This document shows, one piece after another, positions 1 to 8,802 of a stretch of 64,000 nt of DNA (within the stretch, counting starts at the first letter, position 1; the number at the start of each line of letters is the position of its first letter). The notes beneath the pieces are model-generated. The model saw only the letters and a program-made list of their open reading frames with translations. It had not been told where the DNA came from and made no database searches. The stretch covers positions 43 to 64,042 of the forward strand of contig MHTR01000001.1 in NCBI GenBank assembly GCA_001823155.1, written 5' to 3'. The translations under genes and the position numbers were made by a program. Origin of the DNA: Candidatus Wildermuthbacteria bacterium RIFCSPHIGHO2_01_FULL_48_25. Lineage in GTDB: Bacteria; Patescibacteriota; Minisyncoccia; Minisyncoccales; UBA10102.

Positions 1-2
1 GG

Positions 3-290
3 AAAGAAGGGAAGCAAAAAGGGGGTGACCTAAAAGAGATACGGCTTACGCTCGCAATATCTCCCCACGACATGGAGACGCGAACAAAGAAAGCCCTACA
101 GTTCCTGAAGCGGGGTGACACCGTGCGGGTCGCAATGCGGCTGCGCGGCCGGGAAAAAGCCATGGGCAGGTTCGCAGAAGAGAAGGTTGGCATTTTCCTT
201 GAAATGGTAAAGCAATCAATGGAAATACGCATGGAGCGGCCGCCCAAAATGGAGCCCTCAGGCCTCTCACTCATTATCACGAAGAAATAA
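3..290 (+). CDS. infC: translation initiation factor IF-3, C-terminal part (5' end lies outside the window)
   Basis: Frame is open from the window edge (KEIRLTLAISPHDMETRTKKALQFLKRGDTVRV...), matching the IF-3 C-domain pattern. It precedes rpmI-rplT, as in the canonical infC-rpmI-rplT operon. Confidence 0.85.
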   Translation, partial: KEGKQKGGDLKEIRLTLAISPHDMETRTKKALQFLKRGDTVRVAMRLRGREKAMGRFAEEKVGIFLEMVKQSMEIRMERPPKMEPSGLSLIITKK

Positions 291-291
291 C

Positions 292-483
292 ATGAAACTG
301 AAAACAAGAAAATCTATCTCCAAGCGGTTCAAAATCACGAAGAACGGGAAGGTATTGCGAAGACCCGTTGGACAGGACCACGGCTTGGCAAAGGAAACCG
401 GGAAAAAGATCAGAAAACTGAGGCGCTGGATCGAGATTTCGGGACCCGAAGCAAAAGCAATTAAACACATGCTTAAGTTTTAA
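292..483 (+). CDS. rpmI: 50S ribosomal protein L35
   Basis: 63 aa, basic, MKLKTRKSISKRFKITKNGKV... is a typical L35. Lies between infC and rplT. Confidence 0.9.
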   Translation: MKLKTRKSISKRFKITKNGKVLRRPVGQDHGLAKETGKKIRKLRRWIEISGPEAKAIKHMLKF

Positions 484-486
484 TAT

Positions 487-840
487 ATGGCACGCGTTAA
501 ACGAGGCACCATTGCCCACAAAAGAAGGCAGCATCTCCTGCGCCACACCAAAGGGTTCCGCTGGGGAAGAAAGACGAAGTTCCGCATGGCAAACGAAGCC
601 ATGCTTAAAGCGTGGACCTACCAGTTCCGCGACCGCAAGGCGAAAAAGCGAAGTTTCCGCCAGCTGTGGACCGCAAACCTGGGAGCAGCCCTTAAAACAA
701 AGGGGCTTTCTTGGAGCAAGTTCGCGAACCTGTTGAAGAAACAAAACATCGGGCTCGACCGCAAAACCCTATCCTTGCTCGCCAAGGAAAAGCCCGCGGT
801 CTTTGAGAAAGTTGTTGAAAAAGTCACTCAGAAATCTTAG
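487..840 (+). CDS. rplT: 50S ribosomal protein L20
   Basis: MARVKRGTIAHKRRQHLLRHTKGFRWGR... is the canonical L20 N-terminus. Confidence 0.95.
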   Translation: MARVKRGTIAHKRRQHLLRHTKGFRWGRKTKFRMANEAMLKAWTYQFRDRKAKKRSFRQLWTANLGAALKTKGLSWSKFANLLKKQNIGLDRKTLSLLAKEKPAVFEKVVEKVTQKS

Positions 841-1279
841 TTGGGGGTTCCCTCGAAAGAAACTGGTTTGCTTTGTTGAGAAGAATTTTCGCGTTGTTGA
901 ACTTCAACTGGCTCATCGCCTCTCCAAAGGTTGCCCACTGGTATCCCGTGTGCTCAAAGGACACTTTCACGTCCTTTGTTTTTGTTTGGGCAAGGTAGAA
1001 AATAACCACCTTGAAAATCCTTCCTTCCTGCGTTTGGAAAAAGTACCTGATGGTTTGGCGAAAACCCCGCTTGAACTCCAAATCATGAATGCCTGTTTCT
1101 TCGGCAACTTCTCTTCTCACGGTCTGCTCTTCGGTTTCCTGGCCTTCCACGTGTCCTTTGGGAAAATCCCAATACCCCTTCCCGCTTCTCCTGCGGCCTG
1201 GATAATGGAGTAAAAGAAAAAAAGGTTTTGCGTCTTCAACCCGAAATACGAGCGAACCTGCTGATAATTCTCTTGGCAT
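824..1279 (-). CDS. NUDIX hydrolase
   Basis: Nudix box GHVEGQETEEQTVRREVAEETGI (GX5EX7REUXEEXGU). Confidence 0.85.
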   Translation of the reverse strand: MPRELSAGSLVFRVEDAKPFFLLLHYPGRRRSGKGYWDFPKGHVEGQETEEQTVRREVAEETGIHDLEFKRGFRQTIRYFFQTQEGRIFKVVIFYLAQTKTKDVKVSFEHTGYQWATFGEAMSQLKFNNAKILLNKANQFLSREPPTKISE

Positions 1280-1290
1280 ATTCCTGCACG

Positions 1291-3012
1291 CTATCGTTTG
1301 CGCGCCAATATGTCAAGCAAGCGGTTAAACGAAAGCGCGTTGATTACATCGTTTTTTTCCACCCATCCCCTTCGTGCTTGAGCAATGCCGAACTTTAAAA
1401 AACGAAAGTGTTCTTTACGATGGCTGTCTGAATCAATGGAGAGCTTTACTCCTGCTTGAACCGCTTTTTTAATATCCGTGTCTTTCAAGTCCAGGCGCCT
1501 GGGAGAAGCGTTGGCCTCCAAAACAGTGCCTGTTTTCCTTGCTTCCTTGATAAGAGCATCCATATCAAGGGCATAGGGTTCGCGCTCGTGAATGAGGCGG
1601 CCCGTGGGATGGAACAGAATATCCACGTGAGGGTTTCGTATGGCGCGAATAATTCGTTCAGTCATGTCTTTCTGGGTCATTTTGAAAAGCGTGTGCACAG
1701 AAACTCCCACCACGTCGAGCTTCGCGAGGACTTCGTTCGCGATATCCAGCGTTCCGTCTCTCCTGATATTCACTTCAGCCCCTTTGAGGATCTTTATCCC
1801 CGAAATCTTCCTGTTGAGCTTGTCTATGGCCGCCATTTGGCGCAGCAGTTTTTTCTCATCTGACCCTCCGGTCATTGCCAGATCTCTTGTGTGATCGGTA
1901 ATGGCGATATATTCCAGGCCCTGGGCTTTTGCTTCTTTTGCCATTTCTTCAATGGAGTTGTTCCCGTCACTCCAATCGGTCTGTACCTGCAAGTCCCCTT
2001 TCAAAGAGTCATACCCAATGACTTTGGGAAGCTTGCCCCGGAGGGCAGCTTCGATCTCTCCCGTGTCTTCGCGCATTTCGGGCTCGATATATGGCATGCC
2101 CAAAGCCTTATATACTTCTTCTTCTGTTTTGCAGGCAATCCGTTTCTTTCCTTTAAAAAGACCGTACTCAGAGAGCTTGTACCCTTTTTGAATCGCATGG
2201 GTCCTTAGTTTTACGTTGTGTTCTTTGGAGCCCGTAAAGTACTGAAGCCCTACCCCGAACACCTCTTCGTCAAGCACTCGCACGTCAATATCAAAGCCCT
2301 GCAAGGTGCGCAAAGAAACCTTGGTAGGCCCCTTGCCCCAAAGCTTGCTGTACTTCATGTGAGAAAGAAAGTACTCAATGATTTCCTTGGGCTTCTTCGT
2401 AGTGACAAGGATATCCACGTCTCCAATAGTTTCTTTCATTCGACGTATAGAACCTGCCGCAACTGCCTCTTTCACAAGGTTCGAATCTTTAAGAAGCGCA
2501 ACGATTTCTTCCATGTAGGGATATATGGTTCCAAGAAGCCACCTTCCTTTGGATTTCTTCGCGAATGCAATGCCGTTCAGAATATTCTGTTCGGTTTTCA
2601 AGCCAAAATGCGGGAGCTTTTGTATCTTGCCTACTTTGGCTGCTGCTTCCAGGGTTTTGAGGTCTTTCACCTTCAAATGCTTCCACAGGTCACGCATCAT
2701 TTTGGGTCCAATGCCTTCAACCAAGCCAAGTTCGTCCATATTCACGGGCATTGTTTTTCGCATCTTCTCATACTCCTTCACCTTGTCTGTTTTGAGATAC
2801 TCCTCTATTTTCTCCGCAATGCCTCTACCCACTCCTGGAATTTTCTCCAAACCCTTCATTCCTTCTTTTTTATATAAACCCTCAACGTCTTCTCCCAAGG
2901 ATTCCAAAGCCATGGCAGCCCGTTCATACGCCTGGGGCTTGAACGGAACATCTTCCATAGCCAAGTATGTGGCCATATTGTACAAAATCTTCGCGATTTC
3001 TTGGTTCTTCAT
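1291..3012 (-). CDS. polX: family X DNA polymerase with C-terminal PHP domain (PolX)
   Basis: 573 aa with HhH motifs, the pol-beta nucleotidyltransferase motif GSIRRMKETIGDVDILV, and a PHP domain (IAITDHT ... SIDSDSH). Confidence 0.85.
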   Translation of the reverse strand: MKNQEIAKILYNMATYLAMEDVPFKPQAYERAAMALESLGEDVEGLYKKEGMKGLEKIPGVGRGIAEKIEEYLKTDKVKEYEKMRKTMPVNMDELGLVEGIGPKMMRDLWKHLKVKDLKTLEAAAKVGKIQKLPHFGLKTEQNILNGIAFAKKSKGRWLLGTIYPYMEEIVALLKDSNLVKEAVAAGSIRRMKETIGDVDILVTTKKPKEIIEYFLSHMKYSKLWGKGPTKVSLRTLQGFDIDVRVLDEEVFGVGLQYFTGSKEHNVKLRTHAIQKGYKLSEYGLFKGKKRIACKTEEEVYKALGMPYIEPEMREDTGEIEAALRGKLPKVIGYDSLKGDLQVQTDWSDGNNSIEEMAKEAKAQGLEYIAITDHTRDLAMTGGSDEKKLLRQMAAIDKLNRKISGIKILKGAEVNIRRDGTLDIANEVLAKLDVVGVSVHTLFKMTQKDMTERIIRAIRNPHVDILFHPTGRLIHEREPYALDMDALIKEARKTGTVLEANASPRRLDLKDTDIKKAVQAGVKLSIDSDSHRKEHFRFLKFGIAQARRGWVEKNDVINALSFNRLLDILARKR

Positions 3013-3084
3013 ACCTGCATTTTACCAGATTCTTCTGATAATTTCATTGTAAGAAAAAGAGTCGTCTCATTACTGAAACGACTC

Positions 3085-3660
3085 CTATTGGAGCCTCACG
3101 ATAATCGACGCGAGATCCTCTCTTCGTGTAAGATACACAAGCTTGGGCTCAAGCTCTTCCTCAAACTCTGGGTGCAATTTTCCGCCCACGAGCAGATCCG
3201 AAACAGCAACCAGCATTTTGAGGTTAACTCGTGGGCTAGGAAACCGGATGTCCCAGACCGCGTCACTTATCTCCCCGTCTGTTCCAGCGGACAATCCCAT
3301 ACACACGCAAAGAGAAGGAATCGTAACGGTGGCATTGTTGGCATCATCCCATGTTTCCTCCCAACGCACCGCATCTGCCTTGTCGGCGTACGGAAGCACG
3401 TGATAATTCGGCCAACGAATTGGCCGCTTGGGCAGAATGACAGTCCACAGCCGACCGCCAGCCTCTTTATACGCGCTCGGTACCGCGGCAAGCATACCCT
3501 CGCCCCCGTTTGTCCAAAGGTCACACCCATGTTCTGCAAGGGCACGACCAACGAACAACGCCCACTCTTGGAAAAGCTCCGGGGGCTTTCCGAGACGTCT
3601 ACTCAGAGCCCCAAGGTTTGTAGGCCCGATGATGCTCACTTGCAGAGCCATGGATATCAC
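3085..3660 (-). CDS. LOG/TIGR00725-like Rossmann-fold nucleotide-binding protein (paralog A)
   Basis: IIGPTN ... NGGEGM ... GLSAGTDGE resemble the LOG-superfamily GGxGxM / PGGxGTxxE motifs. Collinear similarity to the 4324-4923 product. The start could be the internal Met at 3651. Confidence 0.55.
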   Translation of the reverse strand: MISMALQVSIIGPTNLGALSRRLGKPPELFQEWALFVGRALAEHGCDLWTNGGEGMLAAVPSAYKEAGGRLWTVILPKRPIRWPNYHVLPYADKADAVRWEETWDDANNATVTIPSLCVCMGLSAGTDGEISDAVWDIRFPSPRVNLKMLVAVSDLLVGGKLHPEFEEELEPKLVYLTRREDLASIIVRLQ

Positions 3661-3678
3661 CTCCCTTCTAGCAAGGTA

Positions 3679-4311
3679 CTATTTTGCCTTTTTCTTCCCT
3701 ATCTCTTCTTGCTCGATTTCCTCCAAAAAGTCAAGGAGGGCTTTATCATGGATAACCTCGTCCGCATGCTCCCACCAGGGAAGAGTTGGGAACTTTTTAT
3801 CCTGTTCCCAACTCTCCAATGCCTCCAGAAGATTCTCTGCCCGATCAAGTTGTTCCATAAATTTCGCTTCATGGCTTTCAAGCTTCTGATAATCGAGCCA
3901 GCTTTCAATTATGTCTTTCCGAATATCCTCTGGAAGTTTTGAGGTCAGCTTCTTGAGCGCGCGCAGCTCTTTTCGAAACTTCTCTTTATATCTTCGCTGT
4001 TTCTCCTGTAAACTAAGGCGGCGCCATCGCCATGCGACCCGATATCCGCCCTTCTTGTTCTTGGGAAAAAGCCCTTCATAGGGAGTGATGTCGCCCGTGT
4101 ACACTTTGCAAATGTCATGCACCAATGCAAGTTTCACTAGTTTTGCGAAGTCTAATTTGCGCCCATAACCGAAAACCCACGCCATTATTGCTAGTCTAAA
4201 TGTATGGTCGGTTGCAGTATCTGCATTTTTAAATCCGTAAAAAAGGACTCCGCGGCGTTGAATATTTTTGAGTTCGCCTATCTTTTTGAAAAACTCAAGG
4301 GTTTTCTTCAT
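3679..4311 (-). CDS. HD-domain phosphohydrolase (YfbR-like 5'-nucleotidase type)
   Basis: H...HD metal motif (ALVHDICKVYTGDITPY). Size and layout match HD 5'-deoxynucleotidases. Confidence 0.65.
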   Translation of the reverse strand: MKKTLEFFKKIGELKNIQRRGVLFYGFKNADTATDHTFRLAIMAWVFGYGRKLDFAKLVKLALVHDICKVYTGDITPYEGLFPKNKKGGYRVAWRWRRLSLQEKQRRYKEKFRKELRALKKLTSKLPEDIRKDIIESWLDYQKLESHEAKFMEQLDRAENLLEALESWEQDKKFPTLPWWEHADEVIHDKALLDFLEEIEQEEIGKKKAK

Positions 4312-4323
4312 AGTATTAGTCTA

Positions 4324-4923
4324 TCATTTCAACAGCTTCTCGAGAAATGCATCCAAATTCTCGGCTTTTTTGAGGTACGTAACCATGGAACGTACTTCAA
4401 TCCCTATTTCTGGCGGCAATATTTTTCCCCTCACAAGCTCTTCGATCACCACAAGGTCTTTAAGCTTCCCTTTTTGAAACTGAATATTCCATTTGATGTA
4501 TGCGAGCTCGCTTAACGTTCCCGCGCTGAGCCCCACGCAAATACACAGGGCAGGAGCTGAAACAACCTCGTAATTTGCCCAAAACCAATTAGGCTGGATA
4601 CTAACTCTATCTGCCACTTTCCGATAAGGCTGGGTATGCTTATTAGGCCAGGGAGCACTTTTTCTGGGATACAAAACAACAAGGGATTTCCCTTTGTGTT
4701 TTTTATAAGAAAGGGCAACAGTACCAGGCATACCACCGTCGCTATTAACCCACAATTCACAGCCATGGATTGCCAATATCCTGCCGAGTTCCTCTGCCTT
4801 TTTCAAAAAGAAGCTTTTCGGCTTTCCAGTAAGCCGCGTAAGCTTTCTCATGTTCGTGGGGCCGATGATCCCTACTTTCAAATGTTTCATAAGCAAGACC
4901 AAGGTGTTAGCCTTGGTTACCAC
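4324..4923 (-). CDS. LOG/TIGR00725-like Rossmann-fold nucleotide-binding protein (paralog B)
   Basis: VGIIGPTN ... NSDGGM ... GLSAGTLSE. Aligns by eye along its full length with the 3085-3660 product. Confidence 0.55.
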   Translation of the reverse strand: MVTKANTLVLLMKHLKVGIIGPTNMRKLTRLTGKPKSFFLKKAEELGRILAIHGCELWVNSDGGMPGTVALSYKKHKGKSLVVLYPRKSAPWPNKHTQPYRKVADRVSIQPNWFWANYEVVSAPALCICVGLSAGTLSELAYIKWNIQFQKGKLKDLVVIEELVRGKILPPEIGIEVRSMVTYLKKAENLDAFLEKLLK

Positions 4924-4966
4924 AATTTTAGAACAACAACAAGCCCCTGATACCAGGCTCTACAAA

Positions 4967-5440
4967 CTATAGAGTATACCGGACTTTTTTGACGCAAAAA
5001 ATTGTTTTCTTAGGAGAAGATACGGCAATTTCGTCTCCGACTTTCAACCCCAATAACGCCCTCCCAACGGGAGATTCTATAGAAATCTTACCTAGTGAAG
5101 GATTCGCTTCCAGGGTTCCCACTATTTCATACTCATCAATCGGGCCGTTATCCACCGCAACCGTCACCCTGGCTCCGAGAAAAACAATATTGCGTTTTCC
5201 TTTTGGAGGAGTAGTAATTAGTTCCGCATTTTTAATAATACTTTCATACTCAACAATGCGCGCTTCCAAAAGCGTCAAATCTTCTTGGTAGGCAAGGTAC
5301 TCGGGGTTCACGTCTTCAGAATGCCAAATAGAAGGCACCTCACTTTTAGCCTTCATATCGCGAAAACCCAGGAGTCTTTCATACTCCTCCTTAATTCGCT
5401 TTAACCCTTGTTTTGTTAGATGAAATTTAGTCTCTGGCAT
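4967..5440 (-). CDS. greA: transcription elongation factor GreA
   Basis: MPETKFHLTKQGLKRIKEEYERL... followed by the C-terminal ISIESPVGRALLGLKVGDEI motif. The start was taken at the internal Met (157 aa); the ORF extends to 5464. Confidence 0.9.
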   Translation of the reverse strand: MPETKFHLTKQGLKRIKEEYERLLGFRDMKAKSEVPSIWHSEDVNPEYLAYQEDLTLLEARIVEYESIIKNAELITTPPKGKRNIVFLGARVTVAVDNGPIDEYEIVGTLEANPSLGKISIESPVGRALLGLKVGDEIAVSSPKKTIFCVKKVRYTL

Positions 5441-5462
5441 ATGTTTTGACTCTTTTACGCAC

Positions 5463-5488
5463 AAACCTGGCTTTCTGAAGCCAGGTTT
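5463..5488 (-). other. perfect 11-bp stem hairpin in the endoQ-greA spacer
   Basis: AAACCTGGCTT-TCTG-AAGCCAGGTTT, 23 nt upstream of the greA ATG. No U-tail on either strand. Confidence 0.3.
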
Positions 5489-5672
5489 GCTGATTTACGA
5501 AGGGAAACGAGGAGGAAACCAATCAAACCCGGCGATGCCTGTATTGCAAGGTAGAAACCAATCCTTTACAGAATGAATAAATCGTGTTGCTTGTCATGTG
5601 GGTTATGAATTACCTCCCCTTTGGAACTTTATTCTACTCTCTCAAACAGGATTGTCAAGCCCTTTGCATATT

Positions 5673-6947
5673 TTAAAACAAAGATTTCTGGATGTTGAAG
5701 ATTTTTGGTTCGTTTTCTGGAAAGATCTTGATCTTTCCATACTCCCCATCATACCCTGGATCAATAACTACCCTTCCTTCACGAACTCTTTTTATGCCTT
5801 CTGCAACTTCCGGCAAAGTTGCAGACTGCAAGTCGCTCGCGGAGGCATCGAGAAGCACCGCGAACTCGTTTCCAAAGCGCTCGATGAGTTTTTGGTATTC
5901 TTCACGAGAGCGCTTGGTCCCAACTCCCACTCCTAATACGTCCGCAACAATCTCTTCCAAAGGAATTAAGCTTTTGAATGGAACTGCGTTCTCTGGCTTA
6001 AATCCCTCGGGCCTGTCTGCCAACTCTTCCACGCGATTAAGGACGCCAATAACCAATGGTTTTTTACACTTGGGACATAGATTATTGTTCTTCTTCGATT
6101 CTGCTGGAGCCATGCTCACTCCACACAAACGGTGCCCGTCATAGTGGTACTTTCCCTCTTCGGGGAAAAACTCAACAGTGAACAAAAAACGCTTGGGGTC
6201 TTTTGCTTTGAGCGTGTCGAGTATCGCCTGATAACTCATATCGGTATCGAAAACATTCGCTTCCCTCCCTATTTTCTCCAACGAATGGGAATCTGAGTTA
6301 CTGATAAGCGAAATCTTGTCTAAAGCAGACAACCTCCAGTTCATCGCAGGGTCTGAAGATAAGCCCGTTTCAATCGCAAAGATGTACTTAGTGTATTCGT
6401 CAAAGCATTCTTCCAAGGAGTTGAATCCTGATTTTGAACCAAACACCGCGAACCATGGAGTCCAAACATGAGCAGGTACCACCATGCAATTAGGGTCTGC
6501 GTCGAAAGCAATCTTGGCAACTTCTTTCGCATCAATACCAATGATCGGCCTGCCATCAGACCGTAAGTTCCCCACCCAGCCCAAACGCGTGTTGATTTTT
6601 TCAACAGCCGCAAAAGAAGGGGCGAGCAAAACCAAGTGCACCCTGCGTACCGCTCCTTTTTTGGAATAAATGCAACTTATCTCACACGAGAGAATGAATC
6701 TTGTTTGGGTTTCCTTGCCTTTCAGCCCTTCACTGCGGTTCAGGGCTTTCAGTTTATACAGTCCAGGTTCAGCTTCTTCCAAGCCCTCTTTGAGCTCCTG
6801 GAACCACACGGGGTGCGTGAAGTCTCCCGTGCCCATGACTTTAATGCCCTTAACCGCAGCCCACTTATCCAAATTCTCCAAAGTCATGGCTTTAGAAGTT
6901 GCTCTCGCAAACCGGGAGTGGATATGAAAATCTGCAACAAACTTCAT
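5673..6947 (-). CDS. endoQ: endonuclease Q-like PHP-domain nuclease (TIGR00375 type)
   Basis: 424 aa. Motifs: DFHIHSRFARATSK, GTGDFTHPVW, PAHVWTPWF, SNSDSHS, GKYHYDGHR, the zinc-finger CPKCKKPLVIGVLNRVEEL, and C-terminal PGYDGEYGKI. Same order and length as archaeal EndoQ. Confidence 0.75.
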   Translation of the reverse strand: MKFVADFHIHSRFARATSKAMTLENLDKWAAVKGIKVMGTGDFTHPVWFQELKEGLEEAEPGLYKLKALNRSEGLKGKETQTRFILSCEISCIYSKKGAVRRVHLVLLAPSFAAVEKINTRLGWVGNLRSDGRPIIGIDAKEVAKIAFDADPNCMVVPAHVWTPWFAVFGSKSGFNSLEECFDEYTKYIFAIETGLSSDPAMNWRLSALDKISLISNSDSHSLEKIGREANVFDTDMSYQAILDTLKAKDPKRFLFTVEFFPEEGKYHYDGHRLCGVSMAPAESKKNNNLCPKCKKPLVIGVLNRVEELADRPEGFKPENAVPFKSLIPLEEIVADVLGVGVGTKRSREEYQKLIERFGNEFAVLLDASASDLQSATLPEVAEGIKRVREGRVVIDPGYDGEYGKIKIFPENEPKIFNIQKSLF

Positions 6948-6954
6948 TGAAGTT

Positions 6955-7674
6955 TTAGATGAGAACTTTTTGAGAAAGTTTCTTCGGGTAGTTTGGGATC
7001 TGGTTCAGCCATTCCCGGTTGTACCACTCCCAGAGTTCTTTTGCAGACAAAAATGCCTCCAAGTCATGCGCTTGGTTCTCAAGCTCCTTAAACTCAAGCT
7101 CGCTCTTGGGCCCTCCCCACACGTGATTGCAAAAGGGATTCCCTCCACTCACCTTTGTTTTCTTTTTGGCAAAACACCCTTTGCACTCTTCGTACTGCTC
7201 AATGCGCAATATCCATCTCGTCTCGCATTTTTCTTTCGTGCTCCCGCTATTGTATGCCGCAAAGTAGGCCGCGGTCTGCAGCGAGTGCTCCTGGCGTATC
7301 TCGCTGCTCGTTTTTAGATCAATGATGCCTTTTTTGCCTTTTACTCTCCCAATAATATCCACCGTGCCTGCGTACAGGTTTTCCCTGTCGAACACTTTTT
7401 TCTCAACTTCTTCAATGCTCTCAATTTCAAAATGATGCGCTTTCTGCCACTTGGAAAACGCTTGAATAGAAGGCATCACGCTCTCTTGCGGTTCTCCTTT
7501 TTCTCCCTTAAGAAGGGATGCAACAGACTGATGAACTAATGTTCCCCAGTCTGCGCTTCCCCTGTTCCAGAATCCGTTTCCTTTTGAAACAAAGCCGGTG
7601 ACCGCAGTCACCCTCGGAACCCACAGCCCTTCAACCTCGTGGCCATATTTCTGTTTAAAGTAGTCGAGCGTCAC
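6955..7674 (-). CDS. PD-(D/E)XK superfamily nuclease (RecB/Cas4-like fold)
   Basis: Core YAGTVDIIG ... GIIDLKTS (D...D/ExK) plus a QTAAY motif. C-terminal Cys cluster CKGC...C.H. Confidence 0.55.
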   Translation of the reverse strand: MTLDYFKQKYGHEVEGLWVPRVTAVTGFVSKGNGFWNRGSADWGTLVHQSVASLLKGEKGEPQESVMPSIQAFSKWQKAHHFEIESIEEVEKKVFDRENLYAGTVDIIGRVKGKKGIIDLKTSSEIRQEHSLQTAAYFAAYNSGSTKEKCETRWILRIEQYEECKGCFAKKKTKVSGGNPFCNHVWGGPKSELEFKELENQAHDLEAFLSAKELWEWYNREWLNQIPNYPKKLSQKVLI

Positions 7675-7970
7675 GGCTTTCTCATGATAATCTTATAGAT
7701 ATTCTCCAAAAAATCTCCGCCCGCGTATCCCACAATGAGGGCCAGGGCGGGAGTCAAGCCAGTGAGCCCGGAACCTCCAAAAAACACGAACCCGGTTTTG
7801 CTTACCGCCGAGGCAACCGTGACGCCCACTACTCCCGACAAAAACATCATGAAAAAGAAGTAGGGCACGTTGAACTTTACTTCTTTGTATGAATACTGAT
7901 GCTTCACAAACCCAACCAAGCCCCGTATGGCTCCTCCTCCGAATCCCGCGATGAGTATAGAAAGTTCCAT
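7671..7970 (-). CDS. small integral membrane protein
   Basis: 99 aa with 3 hydrophobic segments. 4-nt overlap with the downstream gene. Confidence 0.5.
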   Translation of the reverse strand: MELSILIAGFGGGAIRGLVGFVKHQYSYKEVKFNVPYFFFMMFLSGVVGVTVASAVSKTGFVFFGGSGLTGLTPALALIVGYAGGDFLENIYKIIMRKP

Positions 7971-8491
7971 TAGATAACAATACCAAATATTGTTTTTACG
8001 AGCCGCCCAATTCCATACGCAACCATAGAAGCAGCTCCGCCTACCAAGAAAATCTCAAGGCCAGAAACCCAGAATCGCTCCGCGGTAACCAAGGCACGCG
8101 CGGTTCCTACTCCAAAAAAAGTTACCCCTGCGAGTATTGCTGAAACAACGAACTGGTTTCCGTTTTGCCCCGCCTGAACGAGATACGGAATCAAGGGAAT
8201 GAATCCCGCGATCGTAAAAGCGATAAATGTTGCTAATCCATGCTGGAACGGAATAACTAAGTTCTTTTCCAACCTAGCCAGCGCTCCTTCTGACCTCCTT
8301 CCGAGAAAGTTCGAGGCACCCATAGAAAATCCGTCTGCAACCAGATTTGCAAGACCTAAAATAATAACCACTGCGGCGGGGAGCGAAGCGCCTACTGCGG
8401 CTGCCACTATGGCAAAGGTGGTCACAGTGCCGTCAGTGGCACCATACACCATGTCTCCCAGAAATTTTCCTTTTTCAGGATTTCCCGCCAT
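7970..8491 (-). CDS. VIT1/CCC1-family membrane protein (iron/manganese transporter-like)
   Basis: [15 protein letters not shown] followed by multiple TM helices. Resembles short VIT-family proteins. Confidence 0.55.
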   Translation of the reverse strand: MAGNPEKGKFLGDMVYGATDGTVTTFAIVAAAVGASLPAAVVIILGLANLVADGFSMGASNFLGRRSEGALARLEKNLVIPFQHGLATFIAFTIAGFIPLIPYLVQAGQNGNQFVVSAILAGVTFFGVGTARALVTAERFWVSGLEIFLVGGAASMVAYGIGRLVKTIFGIVI

Positions 8492-8690
8492 TTCGGTTTT
8501 TGAACTGGGTATACAGACCTCCTAAGAACAAAAGGGTAAAAAGCTTCTCGTGGGTGAGGCGGAACACAAAAAGATCGGAAAAATCAAAAAGATACCCCTC
8601 ACGGTACAGTTCGTCCACGAGCACCAACGCGCTCGCAAACAAAAAAACGAGTCCCAGTGAAATATTTTTTTCCTTCAGCCATTTTCGCAT
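8475..8690 (-). CDS. small membrane protein
   Basis: 71 aa with one N-terminal TM segment. No recognisable motif. Confidence 0.35.
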   Translation of the reverse strand: MRKWLKEKNISLGLVFLFASALVLVDELYREGYLFDFSDLFVFRLTHEKLFTLLFLGGLYTQFKNRNGGKS

Positions 8691-8717
8691 ATTGGCTATT
8701 GTACCAGGAAAAGCGCT

Positions 8718-8746
8718 TTGACATCAAGGAATTCTGCTGATATAAG
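8718..8746 (+). promoter_or_regulatory. sigma70-type promoter for the pyrD-like gene
   Basis: TTGACA-17 nt-TATAAG. Confidence 0.45.
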
Positions 8747-8802
8747 AATGGCAGACCTTATTGCTCAGTTAAGTCATCAAGCTAATGGCTGGGAGGCAAG
8801 AC

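Noticed and set aside
1456-3052. Multiple 100-220-aa plus-strand ORFs antisense to polX. The same pattern occurs opposite endoQ, polA, pnp, dnaA, virB4 and other genes.
   Set aside because: All are nested antisense within genes that have strong family motifs. They lack SD sequences and have skewed composition.
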